Below the pieces are notes generated by a model. It ran no database searches and was not told where the DNA came from. It saw only the letters and a program-made list of their open reading frames with translations. 64,000 nucleotides of DNA from Podarcis liolepis (taxonomy: Eukaryota): NCBI GenBank assembly GCA_965112155.1, contig OZ218098.1. One strand, given 5' to 3'. Of this stretch, positions 60,101 through 64,000 are shown one piece after another (the first letter of the stretch is position 1; the number at the start of each line of letters is the position of its first letter). A program made the translations under genes and the position numbers.

Positions 60101-63045
60101 GCCACAGAAGAGCCTGCTCCACCTAAGAGATTAGATATTGTTGATACTACCAAGTCATCTGCAATACTAGCCTGGCTGAAACCTGATCATGATGGTGGTA
60201 GTCGCATCACTGGATACCTCCTAGAGATGAAACAAAAGGGATCTGACTATTGGCTTGAAGCCGGTCAAACTAAACAGCTGACTTTTACAGTTGAAGGTCT
60301 TATAGAGAACAATGAATATGAGTTCCGTGTCAAAGCAAGGAATAACGCTGGCTACAGTCAACCAAGAGAAGCCTTTTCTTCTGTTATTATTAAAGAGCCA
60401 CAGATTGAGCCAACTGCAGATCTCAGTGGAATAACTAAACAACTTATAACTTGCAAAGCTGGTAGCTCTTTCACTATTGACATACCAATTAGTGGACGTC
60501 CTGTTCCAAAGGTAACATGGAAACTTGAAGAAATGAGACTCAAGGAAACAGACAGAGTGACTATAAAGACAACAAAGGAAAGAACCACACTGACTGTTAA
60601 GGAGAGCATGAGAGGTGACTCTGGTAAATATTATTTGACACTTGAGAACACAGCTGGCGTGAAAACTTTCACTGTCACAGTCGTTGTTATTGGAAGACCT
60701 GGTCCAGTTACACGCCCCATAGAAGTATCATCTGTGACAGCCGAATCCTGTGTGTTGTCATGGAAGGAGCCTGAAGATGATGGTGGCACTGGTATTACAA
60801 ACTATATTGTTGAAAAACGTGAATCTGGTACAACAGCATGGCAACTGGTAAATTCCAGCGTCAAACGTACACAGATCAAAGTAACTCACCTCACTAAATA
60901 TATGGAATACACTTTCCGTGTAAGCTCAGAAAACAGATTTGGTGTCAGCAAGCCAGTAGAATCAGTACCGATAGTGGCTGAGCATCCATTTGGTAAGTAA
61001 TAATTGTTTTAACAGATGTGCATAAATTAATTCCTTTTTTTAAAAAAAAACCAAAACCAAACAAACACAGCAGTATTTAACAGTATTTCCCTTTATTTTC
61101 TTTCATCAGTCCCACCAAGCCCACCCACTAGACCCGAAGTCTATTTTGTTTCTGCCAATGCCATGTCCATTCGGTGGGAAGAACCGTATCATGATGGCGG
61201 CAGCAAAGTTGTTGGATACTGGATTGAAAAGAAAGAACGCAACACAATCCTTTGGGTGAAGGAAAACAAATCTCCATGTACTGAATGTAACTACAAAGCT
61301 ACAGGGCTCGTGGAAGGTCTGGAGTATCAATTCAGAATATATGCATTAAACGCTGCTGGGCTGAGCAAAGCCAGTGAAGCTTCAAGATCTGTCTTGGCCC
61401 AAAATCCTGTTGGTAAGTATAACTGGTAGAGAGAAAGTGTGTGTCCTATGACTATTTAAAGGAACAATGGAGTGATATTTTTGCATTATGTTCTCTTACA
61501 GATCCACCGGGCAGGCCAGAGGTCACAGATGTAACAAGGTCTTCAGTGTCATTAACCTGGTCTCCCCCACTTTATGATGGTGGAAGCAAAATTGTTGGCT
61601 ATATTGTAGAACGCAAACCATACAATGAAGCCGGAGATGGACGCTGGCTGAAATGCAACTATACCATTGTCTCTGAAAACTCCTTTACCGTGACAGCTCT
61701 TAGTGAAGGAGAGGAATACGAATTCCGTGTTTTGGCAAAGAACGCTGCTGGTGTAATTAGCAAGGGTTCTGAATCTACTGGCCCTGTTGCCTGTAAAGAT
61801 GAATACTGTAAGAGATGTTCATGTGGGTTTTAAAATTAGGTCATGAATTGTCCATATTTTAAGCGATCAAAATACACATTTATTTCTTTTGCTTTTTTTT
61901 TCATAGCACCGCCTAAAGCTGAACTGGATGCCAAATTGCAAGGAGACGTTGTAACAGTTAGGGCTGGATCTGACCTGGTTCTTGAGGCATCGATTGGAGG
62001 AAAACCAGAACCCAAAGTATTTTGGTCTAAAGGTGACAGAGAACTGGACCCAAGCGAAAAGGTCGCTTTGCAATACACAAGCAAGCATGCTGTTGCAATC
62101 ATCAAGTTCTGTGACCGAAGTGATACTGGAAAATACACATTAACTGTTAAAAATGCCAGTGGGACAAAGCAAGTTGCTGTCCTTGTCAAAGTGCTTGGTG
62201 AGTATTTCATATCTGCTAGTTTTCTGTGGCTATTTAACTTCTTTCCTTTAAAGTTTCATTTTGAGATTAAAGAATTTCTTTCACTGCAGTAATTATCCTT
62301 TTACTCTTTGTCAATAGATTCGCCTGGTCCATGCGCTGGCAAAATCACCATAAGCAGAGTTACAGAAGAGAAGTGTACCTTGGCTTGGCGGATGCCTCAA
62401 GAAGATGGAGGGGCAGAAATTACTCATTACATTGTAGAGAGACGCGAGACAAGCAGACTGAACTGGGTTATTGTTGAACCCGAATGTCCAACACTGTCAT
62501 GTGTAGTAACCAGACTTATAAAGAATAATGAATATATATTCCGTGTAAGAGCTGTCAACAAATATGGACCAGGTGTTCCACTTGAAACAGAACCCATTAT
62601 TGCTAGAAATTCATTCAGTAAGTACTTCTCTAGCCTTGTGAAGTCTTTCCCCTTTGGGGAGAGGCACAAAGTAAGTTGTGTTATACACAATAAATGTGAA
62701 ATACCTAATTCTTTTCCTGCCTTTAATAAATATTTACAGCTATCCCATCACCACCTGGTGTTCCTGAATCAGTGGGTGCTGGCAAAGAGCATGTCATTAT
62801 TCAGTGGCTGAAGCCAGAGTCGGATGGGGGTAACGAGATCAGGACCTATCTTGTAGACAAACGAGAAAAGAAAAGCCTACGCTGGACCCGCGTTAACAAA
62901 GACTACATCATTTATGACACAAGACTGAAAATTACTGGTCTAATGGAAGGCAGCGAATATCAGTTCCGTGTCACTGCAGTAAATGCTGCTGGCAACAGCG
63001 AGCCTAGCGATGCTTCGCAGTACGTTTTGTGCAGAGACCCATCAT
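1..63045 (+). CDS. TTN: Titin, A-band region (partial gene; 73 exons equivalent to human exons 272-344; domains ~A3-A151)
   Basis: Ig/Fn3 modules (PGPP...W..P..DGGS.I..Y.VEKRE...W...Y.FRV.AEN..G) in Ig-Fn2-Ig-Fn3 then Ig-Fn2-Ig-Fn3-Ig-Fn3 order. All exons are bounded by AG/GT, phases join into one frame (44,163 nt), and a 17.1-kb exon is present. Confidence 0.99.
272..646 (+). CDS. TTN: TTN exon ~273, Ig A4 with basic/acidic loop insert
   Basis: 375 nt, phase 1-1, EAPKVF...CEVNVL. Confidence 0.95.
744..1046 (+). CDS. TTN: TTN exon ~274, Fn3 A5
   Basis: 303 nt, DTPGPPVNF...AQDPF, AG/GT. Confidence 0.95.
1820..1912. repeat. Short semi-palindromic squamate interspersed repeat (class uncertain)
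   Basis: gctgcaatcctagtcacatttacctgggagtaag...gggactt...agtaac...aagatcaggctgca; a related degenerate copy lies at ~7703-7795. Confidence 0.55.
2033..2332 (+). CDS. TTN: TTN exon ~275, Fn3 A6
   Basis: 300 nt, PPDAPDKP...AQDPI, AG/GT. Confidence 0.95.
2425..2721 (+). CDS. TTN: TTN exon ~276, Fn3 A7
   Basis: 297 nt, PPGPPVPR...VAEPQ, AG/GT. Confidence 0.95.
2814..3098 (+). CDS. TTN: TTN exon ~277, Ig A8
   Basis: 285 nt, EPPTVEFD...RAEIF, AG/GT. Confidence 0.95.
3182..3475 (+). CDS. TTN: TTN exon ~278, Fn3 A9
   Basis: 294 nt, DVPGPVTD...AVDPK, AG/GT. Confidence 0.95.
3604..3662. repeat. (GT)n/(GCGT)n compound microsatellite, 59-bp perfect purine-pyrimidine alternation
   Basis: Read directly from the sequence. 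Confidence 0.95.
4217..4516 (+). CDS. TTN: TTN exon ~279, Fn3 A10
   Basis: 300 nt, GPPTAPER...VQDDE, AG/GT. Confidence 0.95.
4645..4953 (+). CDS. TTN: TTN exon ~280, Ig A11
   Basis: 309 nt, EPPTVTLR...HVEVF, AG/GT. Confidence 0.95.
5039..5229 (+). CDS. TTN: TTN exon ~281, N-terminal part of Fn3 A12
   Basis: 191 nt, phase 1-0, DRPSPPRN...DRRFG (translated by hand; not in ORF track). Confidence 0.93.
5600..5999 (-). mobile_element. CR1 LINE 3' fragment, degenerate
   Basis: Begins tcataggatc (reverse of the CR1 ATTCTATGA tail). Co-linear similarity with the CR1 at 63216 (ctagtc, aagacctccagtgaagaaga, tcctaatgtt, aggtatttg). Confidence 0.75.
6110..6539 (+). CDS. TTN: TTN exon ~282, rest of Fn3 A12 plus Fn3 A13
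   Basis: 430 nt, phase 0-1, VYKLATNG...AADPI. Confidence 0.95.
6858..7166 (+). CDS. TTN: TTN exon ~283, Fn3 A14
   Basis: 309 nt, PPGAPSCP...CKEVQ, AG/GT. Confidence 0.95.
7410..7650 (+). mobile_element. Old L2 LINE 3' fragment
   Basis: gagagatccttctcagtggtggcacca encodes an RAFSVVAP-like motif of the L2 ORF2 C-terminus, followed by a T-rich 3' UTR. Confidence 0.55.
7703..7795. repeat. Degenerate copy of the semi-palindromic squamate repeat
   Basis: ggctgcaagcctacccatttaccc...gacttactactgagt...catgcataag resembles 1820-1912. Confidence 0.45.
7864..8012 (+). CDS. TTN: TTN exon ~284, first part of Ig A15
   Basis: 149 nt, phase 1-0, EEPEIFLD...KKAVK. Confidence 0.94.
8098..8127 (+). CDS. TTN: TTN microexon ~285 (10 aa loop in Ig A15)
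   Basis: 30 nt, phase 0-0, AAG|GAT...ACG|GTAAAA; [10 protein letters not shown] resembles the recalled human DGVHDIPEDAQ. Confidence 0.88.
8236..8365 (+). CDS. TTN: TTN exon ~286, last part of Ig A15
   Basis: 130 nt, phase 0-1, VESTDTTS...GKYSITAKN...RVNVL. Confidence 0.93.
8481..8780 (+). CDS. TTN: TTN exon ~287, Fn3 A16
   Basis: 300 nt, DVPGPPKD...ARDPI. Confidence 0.95.
9190..9507 (+). CDS. TTN: TTN exon ~288, Fn3 A17
   Basis: 318 nt, PPDPPIKL...VKDQT. Confidence 0.94.
9550..10010. repeat. GC-rich intronic insertion, possibly a solo-LTR remnant
   Basis: Abrupt GC-rich block in an AT-rich intron; late motif attgaaggaagttgtggcc resembles an LTR poly(A)-signal region; termini not resolved. 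Confidence 0.35.
10087..10383 (+). CDS. TTN: TTN exon ~289, Ig A18
   Basis: 297 nt, PPSIELKE...RLNVL. Confidence 0.95.
10625..10924 (+). CDS. TTN: TTN exon ~290, Fn3 A19
   Basis: 300 nt, GRPGPPEG...ARNLF. Confidence 0.95.
11629..11943 (+). CDS. TTN: TTN exon ~291, Fn3 A20
   Basis: 315 nt, VPGICDKP...ARDPI. Confidence 0.95.
12079..12227 (+). CDS. TTN: TTN exon ~292, first half of Fn3 A21
   Basis: 149 nt, phase 1-0, PPGPPFPK...EEWEK. Confidence 0.94.
12543..12561 (+). promoter_or_regulatory. Candidate CTCF-binding motif
   Basis: tgACACTAGATGGTGCCAg versus core consensus CCACYAGRKGGCRC (2 mismatches, one CpG-decay type). Confidence 0.4.
12679..12829 (+). CDS. TTN: TTN exon ~293, second half of Fn3 A21
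   Basis: 151 nt, phase 0-1, AKDKEIRG...IKDRI. Confidence 0.94.
12920..13201 (+). CDS. TTN: TTN exon ~294, Ig A22
   Basis: 282 nt, APDLMLDA...IVDVL. Confidence 0.95.
13320..13712 (+). mobile_element. Old L2 LINE 3' fragment
   Basis: aaagccctgaacaacttgagtcca (KALNNL.P) and cttagatcatctgaaggagggctgttagttgttccc (LRSS..GLL.VP), then a T-rich UTR ending gggtggggttatagaaat. Confidence 0.65.
13816..14118 (+). CDS. TTN: TTN exon ~295, Fn3 A23
   Basis: 303 nt, DVPGPVGI...IRDPI. Confidence 0.95.
14210..14512 (+). CDS. TTN: TTN exon ~296, Fn3 A24
   Basis: 303 nt, VPERPEDL...CKDEI. Confidence 0.95.
14618..14899 (+). CDS. TTN: TTN exon ~297, Ig A25
   Basis: 282 nt, PPQLELDI...QVTVV. Confidence 0.95.
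15059..15358 (+). CDS. TTN: TTN exon ~298, Fn3 A26
   Basis: 300 nt, DRPQPPVG...AKDRF. Confidence 0.95.
15481..15783 (+). CDS. TTN: TTN exon ~299, Fn3 A27
   Basis: 303 nt, VPAAPEQP...AKDPI. Confidence 0.95.
15904..16212 (+). CDS. TTN: TTN exon ~300, Fn3 A28
   Basis: 309 nt, KPSPPINP...VKDRL. Confidence 0.95.
16297..16578 (+). CDS. TTN: TTN exon ~301, Ig A29
   Basis: 282 nt, EAPDLILD...KVIVL. Confidence 0.95.
16876..16938 (-). mobile_element. Short 3' tip of the young L2 family
   Basis: taataattttataatttgtaccctgcccatctgactgggctgccccagccac matches 29901-29951. Confidence 0.8.
17174..17413. mobile_element. Tc1/mariner (Tigger/pogo-like) MITE, 240 bp
   Basis: 23-bp TIR cagtggtacctcggttta(c/a)gaac with 1 mismatch; TA target duplication at 17172-17173 and 17414-17415; internal ttcttaaaccga repeats. 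Confidence 0.92.
17476..17775 (+). CDS. TTN: TTN exon ~302, Fn3 A30
   Basis: 300 nt, DKPGPPRN...AIDPL. Confidence 0.95.
17931..18224 (+). CDS. TTN: TTN exon ~303, Fn3 A31
   Basis: 294 nt, PPGPPKNL...CQEKI. Confidence 0.95.
18338..21298 (+). CDS. TTN: TTN exon ~304, ten domains A32-A41
   Basis: 2961 nt, PPSVDLDV...AKDPI; Ig-Fn-Fn-Fn-Ig-Fn-Fn-Ig-Fn-Fn. Confidence 0.96.
21403..21723 (+). CDS. TTN: TTN exon ~305, Fn3 A42 (end of D-zone)
   Basis: 321 nt, EPPGPPIN...PKEIL. Confidence 0.95.
21806..22090 (+). CDS. TTN: TTN exon ~306, Ig A43 (start of C-zone super-repeat 1)
   Basis: 285 nt, EPPEIDLD...NVRVL. Confidence 0.95.
22235..22534 (+). CDS. TTN: TTN exon ~307, Fn3 A44
   Basis: 300 nt, DTPGPVAE...ASDPL. 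Confidence 0.95.
22822..23085. mobile_element. Tc1/mariner (pogo-like) MITE, 264 bp
   Basis: 27-bp TIR ccgtattggcc(t/c)gaatataagcc(t/g)cac with 2 mismatches; TA at 22820-22821 and 23086-23087; subterminal gcggcttatattcg repeats. Confidence 0.92.
23252..23554 (+). CDS. TTN: TTN exon ~308, Fn3 A45
   Basis: 303 nt, EPDPPRKL...VKEQL. Confidence 0.95.
24199..24345. mobile_element. Degenerate palindromic hAT-type MITE
   Basis: ctccagacactgttggactgcaactctcat...ggtgtcgtccaacaacattttgagag; same architecture as 57697-57832. Confidence 0.6.
24527..24802 (+). CDS. TTN: TTN exon ~309, Ig A46
   Basis: 276 nt, PPKILMPD...KVVVM. Confidence 0.95.
24906..25205 (+). CDS. TTN: TTN exon ~310, Fn3 A47
   Basis: 300 nt, DIPGPPQP...ARFPF. 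Confidence 0.95.
25299..25601 (+). CDS. TTN: TTN exon ~311, Fn3 A48
   Basis: 303 nt, DVPSEPKN...ARTPV. Confidence 0.95.
25925..26224 (+). CDS. TTN: TTN exon ~312, Fn3 A49
   Basis: 300 nt, DPPGKPEV...VQSEN. Confidence 0.95.
26343..26630 (+). CDS. TTN: TTN exon ~313, Ig A50
   Basis: 288 nt, VPPKIELG...KLKVL. Confidence 0.95.
26724..27020 (+). CDS. TTN: TTN exon ~314, Fn3 A51
   Basis: 297 nt, DKPGPPAS...AKNPY. Confidence 0.95.
27111..27413 (+). CDS. TTN: TTN exon ~315, Fn3 A52
   Basis: 303 nt, DVPGPCEP...ARDPQ. Confidence 0.95.
27521..27826 (+). CDS. TTN: TTN exon ~316, Fn3 A53
   Basis: 306 nt, PPGPPAFP...AKDIL. Confidence 0.95.
28610..28897 (+). CDS. TTN: TTN exon ~317, Ig A54 (start of C-zone repeat 2)
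   Basis: 288 nt, PPEGELDA...VVKVL. Confidence 0.95.
29000..29290 (+). CDS. TTN: TTN exon ~318, Fn3 A55
   Basis: 291 nt, DTPGPPIN...AVKAS. Confidence 0.95.
29399..29686 (+). CDS. TTN: TTN exon ~319, Fn3 A56
   Basis: 288 nt, ETPGPVVD...ARDDI. Confidence 0.95.
29885..30303 (-). mobile_element. 5'-truncated young L2 LINE with 8-bp TSD
   Basis: Minus ORF 29993..30310 encodes the L2 ORF2 C-terminus ([22 protein letters not shown]...[15 protein letters not shown]). AAT-type tail; TSD catacaat at 29877-29884 and 30304-30311. Confidence 0.92.
30337..30927 (+). CDS. TTN: TTN exon ~320, Ig A57 plus Fn3 A58
   Basis: 591 nt, VAPDLDLK...ARHPF. Confidence 0.95.
31012..31116 (+). CDS. TTN: TTN exon ~321, first part of Fn3 A59
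   Basis: 105 nt, DVPDAPPP...GSPIT (translated by hand). Confidence 0.93.
31642..31839 (+). CDS. TTN: TTN exon ~322, rest of Fn3 A59
   Basis: 198 nt, YHLEYKER...ALDPI. Confidence 0.94.
31929..32225 (+). CDS. TTN: TTN exon ~323, Fn3 A60
   Basis: 297 nt, DPPGKPEV...CKDEY. Confidence 0.95.
32308..32895 (+). CDS. TTN: TTN exon ~324, Ig A61 plus Fn3 A62
   Basis: 588 nt, EAPTIVID...MVDRF. Confidence 0.95.
32989..33291 (+). CDS. TTN: TTN exon ~325, Fn3 A63
   Basis: 303 nt, GPPGPPGK...TKDAA; donor T|GTTAGT. Confidence 0.94.
33396..50498 (+). CDS. TTN: TTN giant exon (human exon 326 orthologue), 58 domains A64-A121
   Basis: 17,103-nt open frame (inside ORF 33371..50521), TATAG|AT...CAG|GTTTGT; five complete 11-domain super-repeats plus flanking domains. 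Confidence 0.98.
33701..49927 (+). repeat. TTN: Five intronless 11-domain C-zone super-repeats (C3-C7)
   Basis: Equivalent Ig starts at 33701, 36953, 40199, 43442, 46691 and 49928 (periods 3252, 3246, 3243, 3249, 3237 nt). Confidence 0.93.
50529..50577 (+). promoter_or_regulatory. Candidate intronic splicing enhancer (2x UGCAUG plus ACUAAU)
   Basis: TGCATG at 50529-50534 and 50539-50544; ACTAAT at 50572-50577; directly downstream of the giant-exon donor. Confidence 0.45.
50723..50852 (+). mobile_element. 3' end of the young L2 family, sense orientation
   Basis: Reverse-complement match to 29900-30020, including 27 identical nt (acccagccagatgggcggggtataaat); (tat/tagtat)n tail. Confidence 0.88.
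50987..51283 (+). CDS. TTN: TTN exon ~327, Fn3 A122
   Basis: 297 nt, EKPSPPEK...VKEQL. Confidence 0.95.
51315..51510 (+). mobile_element. Old L2-like 3' end
   Basis: tgtatactgccttgtgat...atgaaaggtggtataaaaat...aataaataataaat resembles an L2 3' stem-loop and tail. Confidence 0.45.
51595..52182 (+). CDS. TTN: TTN exon ~328, Ig A123 plus Fn3 A124
   Basis: 588 nt, ESPEVDMK...VKLPY. Confidence 0.95.
52267..52569 (+). CDS. TTN: TTN exon ~329, Fn3 A125
   Basis: 303 nt, PPGPPSTP...AIDAC. Confidence 0.95.
52698..52994 (+). CDS. TTN: TTN exon ~330, Fn3 A126
   Basis: 297 nt, EPPRTLRV...CVDTY. Confidence 0.95.
53247..53534 (+). CDS. TTN: TTN exon ~331, Ig A127
   Basis: 288 nt, GAPEIDVP...RVQIL. Confidence 0.95.
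53636..53935 (+). CDS. TTN: TTN exon ~332, Fn3 A128
   Basis: 300 nt, DKPGPPGG...AKNAF. Confidence 0.95.
54040..54342 (+). CDS. TTN: TTN exon ~333, Fn3 A129
   Basis: 303 nt, TPGQPGIP...AEDPI. Confidence 0.95.
54490..54795 (+). CDS. TTN: TTN exon ~334, Fn3 A130
   Basis: 306 nt, EKPGPPLK...AKDIL. Confidence 0.95.
54903..56669 (+). CDS. TTN: TTN exon ~335, six domains A131-A136
   Basis: 1767 nt, EEAQIDLD...AVSPV. Confidence 0.96.
56768..57064 (+). CDS. TTN: TTN exon ~336, Fn3 A137
   Basis: 297 nt, DPPGTPDY...TRDEA. Confidence 0.95.
57409..57476. repeat. (CT)n and (TG)n microsatellites
   Basis: tctctctctccctctc... followed by tgtgtgtgtgtttgtgtgtgtgtgt. Confidence 0.85.
57697..57832. mobile_element. 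Young palindromic hAT-type MITE, 136 bp
   Basis: Perfect 8-bp TSD cacttgag (57689-57696, 57833-57840); ~58-bp imperfect inverted arms. Confidence 0.92.
58147..58434 (+). CDS. TTN: TTN exon ~337, Ig A138
   Basis: 288 nt, APNIEFGA...TIRVH. Confidence 0.95.
58537..58836 (+). CDS. TTN: TTN exon ~338, Fn3 A139
   Basis: 300 nt, DTPGKVGG...AQAHY. Confidence 0.95.
58926..60992 (+). CDS. TTN: TTN exon ~339, seven domains A140-A146
   Basis: 2067 nt, VPEAPGTP...AEHPF. Confidence 0.96.
61110..61412 (+). CDS. TTN: TTN exon ~340, Fn3 A147
   Basis: 303 nt, PPSPPTRP...AQNPV. Confidence 0.95.
61502..61807 (+). CDS. TTN: TTN exon ~341, Fn3 A148
   Basis: 306 nt, DPPGRPEV...CKDEY. Confidence 0.95.
61907..62197 (+). 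CDS. TTN: TTN exon ~342, Ig A149
   Basis: 291 nt, PPKAELDA...LVKVL. Confidence 0.95.
62318..62617 (+). CDS. TTN: TTN exon ~343, Fn3 A150
   Basis: 300 nt, DSPGPCAG...ARNSF. Confidence 0.95.
62740..63045 (+). CDS. TTN: TTN exon ~344, Fn3 A151
   Basis: 306 nt, IPSPPGVP...CRDPS; donor T|GTAAGT. Confidence 0.95.
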
Positions 63046-63215
63046 GTAAGTTCATTCATTTATATTCATTAATATTGTAGATTAAACAATATGAAGACCG
63101 CATAGGCCTTGAATCTAGAAGGTCCAGTGGTGCTGTTTGGACCATTCACCACAGCACCAAAGAGAATATATTTATTTATTTTTAAGCCATTTTTATGCCA
63201 CCAGGATGGATGCCT

Positions 63216-63584
63216 TAGAATGATAGAATCATAGAACTGTATAGTTGGAAGTGACCCCAAGGGTCATCTAGTCCATCAGCCTGCAATGCAGGAATCTCAA
63301 CTAAAGCATACATGAACATTGGCCATCCAACCTCTTCCTAAAAACCTCCAGTGAAAGAGAGTCCACCACCTCCCAAGGGAGTCTGTTCCACTACTGAACA
63401 GCTCTTACCATCAGAAAGTTATTGCTGATGTTTAGTCAGGACAAATTATTCCAATTGGTTTGGTTCCTAGCCTCCAGAGTAGGAGAAAATGAGCTTGCTC
63501 CATCTTCCCAGTGACAGTCCTTTAGATATTTGAAAATGGCTATCATATCTCCTGTCAACCTGCCCTTGAACAGCCTAAACATAT
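63216..63584 (-). mobile_element. CR1 LINE 3' fragment
   Basis: tagaatgatagaatcatagaa is the reverse of the (ATTCTATG)n tail. The minus ORF has GRLTGDMIAIFKYLKDCH.EDGA, typical of the CR1 ORF2 C-terminus. Confidence 0.9.
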
Positions 63585-63659
63585 GCAACTTTGTCTGCAG
63601 CAAGAAAGGTGAGGGCTGAATTTTAAGGGACAAGCTACAAGAGGGAGAAAAAGGAGATA

Positions 63660-63846
63660 NNNNNNNNNNNNNNNNNNNNNNNNNNNNNNNNNNNNNNNNN
63701 NNNNNNNNNNNNNNNNNNNNNNNNNNNNNNNNNNNNNNNNNNNNNNNNNNNNNNNNNNNNNNNNNNNNNNNNNNNNNNNNNNNNNNNNNNNNNNNNNNNN
63801 NNNNNNNNNNNNNNNNNNNNNNNNNNNNNNNNNNNNNNNNNNNNNN
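63660..63846. other. Assembly gap (187 N)
   Basis: Run of n. Confidence 1.
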
Positions 63847-64000
63847 CGTCTGGCTGGGTTTCCCCAGGCACTCTGGGTGGCTTCCAACAGAAGGTTAAAA
63901 ATACATTAAAACATCAGTCATTAAAAATTTCCCTAAACAGGACTGCCTTCAGATGTCTTATAGTTGTTTATTTCTTTGATGGGAGGGCATTCCACTCCAA
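63847..64000 (-). mobile_element. Young L2 family 3' fragment (tail hidden in the gap)
   Basis: tctggctgggtttccccaggcactctgggtggcttccaaca...ccctaaacaggactgcc matches 29929-30090. Confidence 0.88.

Noticed and set aside
172-62739. Non-canonical GC-AG or U12-type introns
   Set aside because: All 72 complete introns traced are GT-AG, and none of the donors shows the GTATCCTT U12 signature.
169-63080. N- and C-terminal extensions on ORF-track proteins, and treating each ORF as a separate gene
   Set aside because: These are intron read-through. The true boundaries are the AG/GT sites, which join into a single titin frame.
63555-63887. ORFs containing long X runs
   Set aside because: Artefacts of the 187-N gap.
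1-64000. CRISPR array, operon, phage or defence system, tRNA or rRNA
   Set aside because: This is a vertebrate intron-exon gene. The ~300-nt periodicity reflects Ig/Fn3 coding, not repeat-spacer structure, and no structured RNA gene was recognised.
1-64000. Cronos internal promoter, titin kinase and M-band exons
   Set aside because: Cronos starts upstream (around human exon 240) and the kinase lies downstream (exon 358). Neither falls within exons 272-344.

Overview
This window is eukaryotic genomic DNA: the A-band part of the titin gene (TTN) on the + strand. The intronic repeat families point to a squamate reptile, most likely a lacertid lizard (inference). I traced 73 consecutive GT-AG exons from position 1 to 63045. 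They total 44,163 coding nt and join into one uninterrupted frame of about 14,720 codons. Counting from the 17,103-nt giant exon (orthologue of human exon 326), they correspond to human meta-transcript exons 272 (partial) to 344. They encode Ig and Fn3 domains ~A3-A151: the 7-domain D-zone super-repeats and C-zone 11-domain super-repeats 1-10. Exon numbers, domain numbers and human comparisons come from counting and recall, not from an alignment. The introns hold L2 and CR1 LINE 3' fragments, Tc1/mariner- and hAT-type MITEs, microsatellites, and a 187-N assembly gap. I found no prokaryotic-type or wholly new gene system. The best candidates for undescribed biology are at the RNA-processing and regulatory level: a 42-nt putative poison exon in intron 292, a stop-free in-frame intron 333, RBFOX/QKI motifs behind the weak donor of the giant exon, a CpG-rich patch inside the giant exon, inverted L2 copies flanking it, and a 30-nt microexon.
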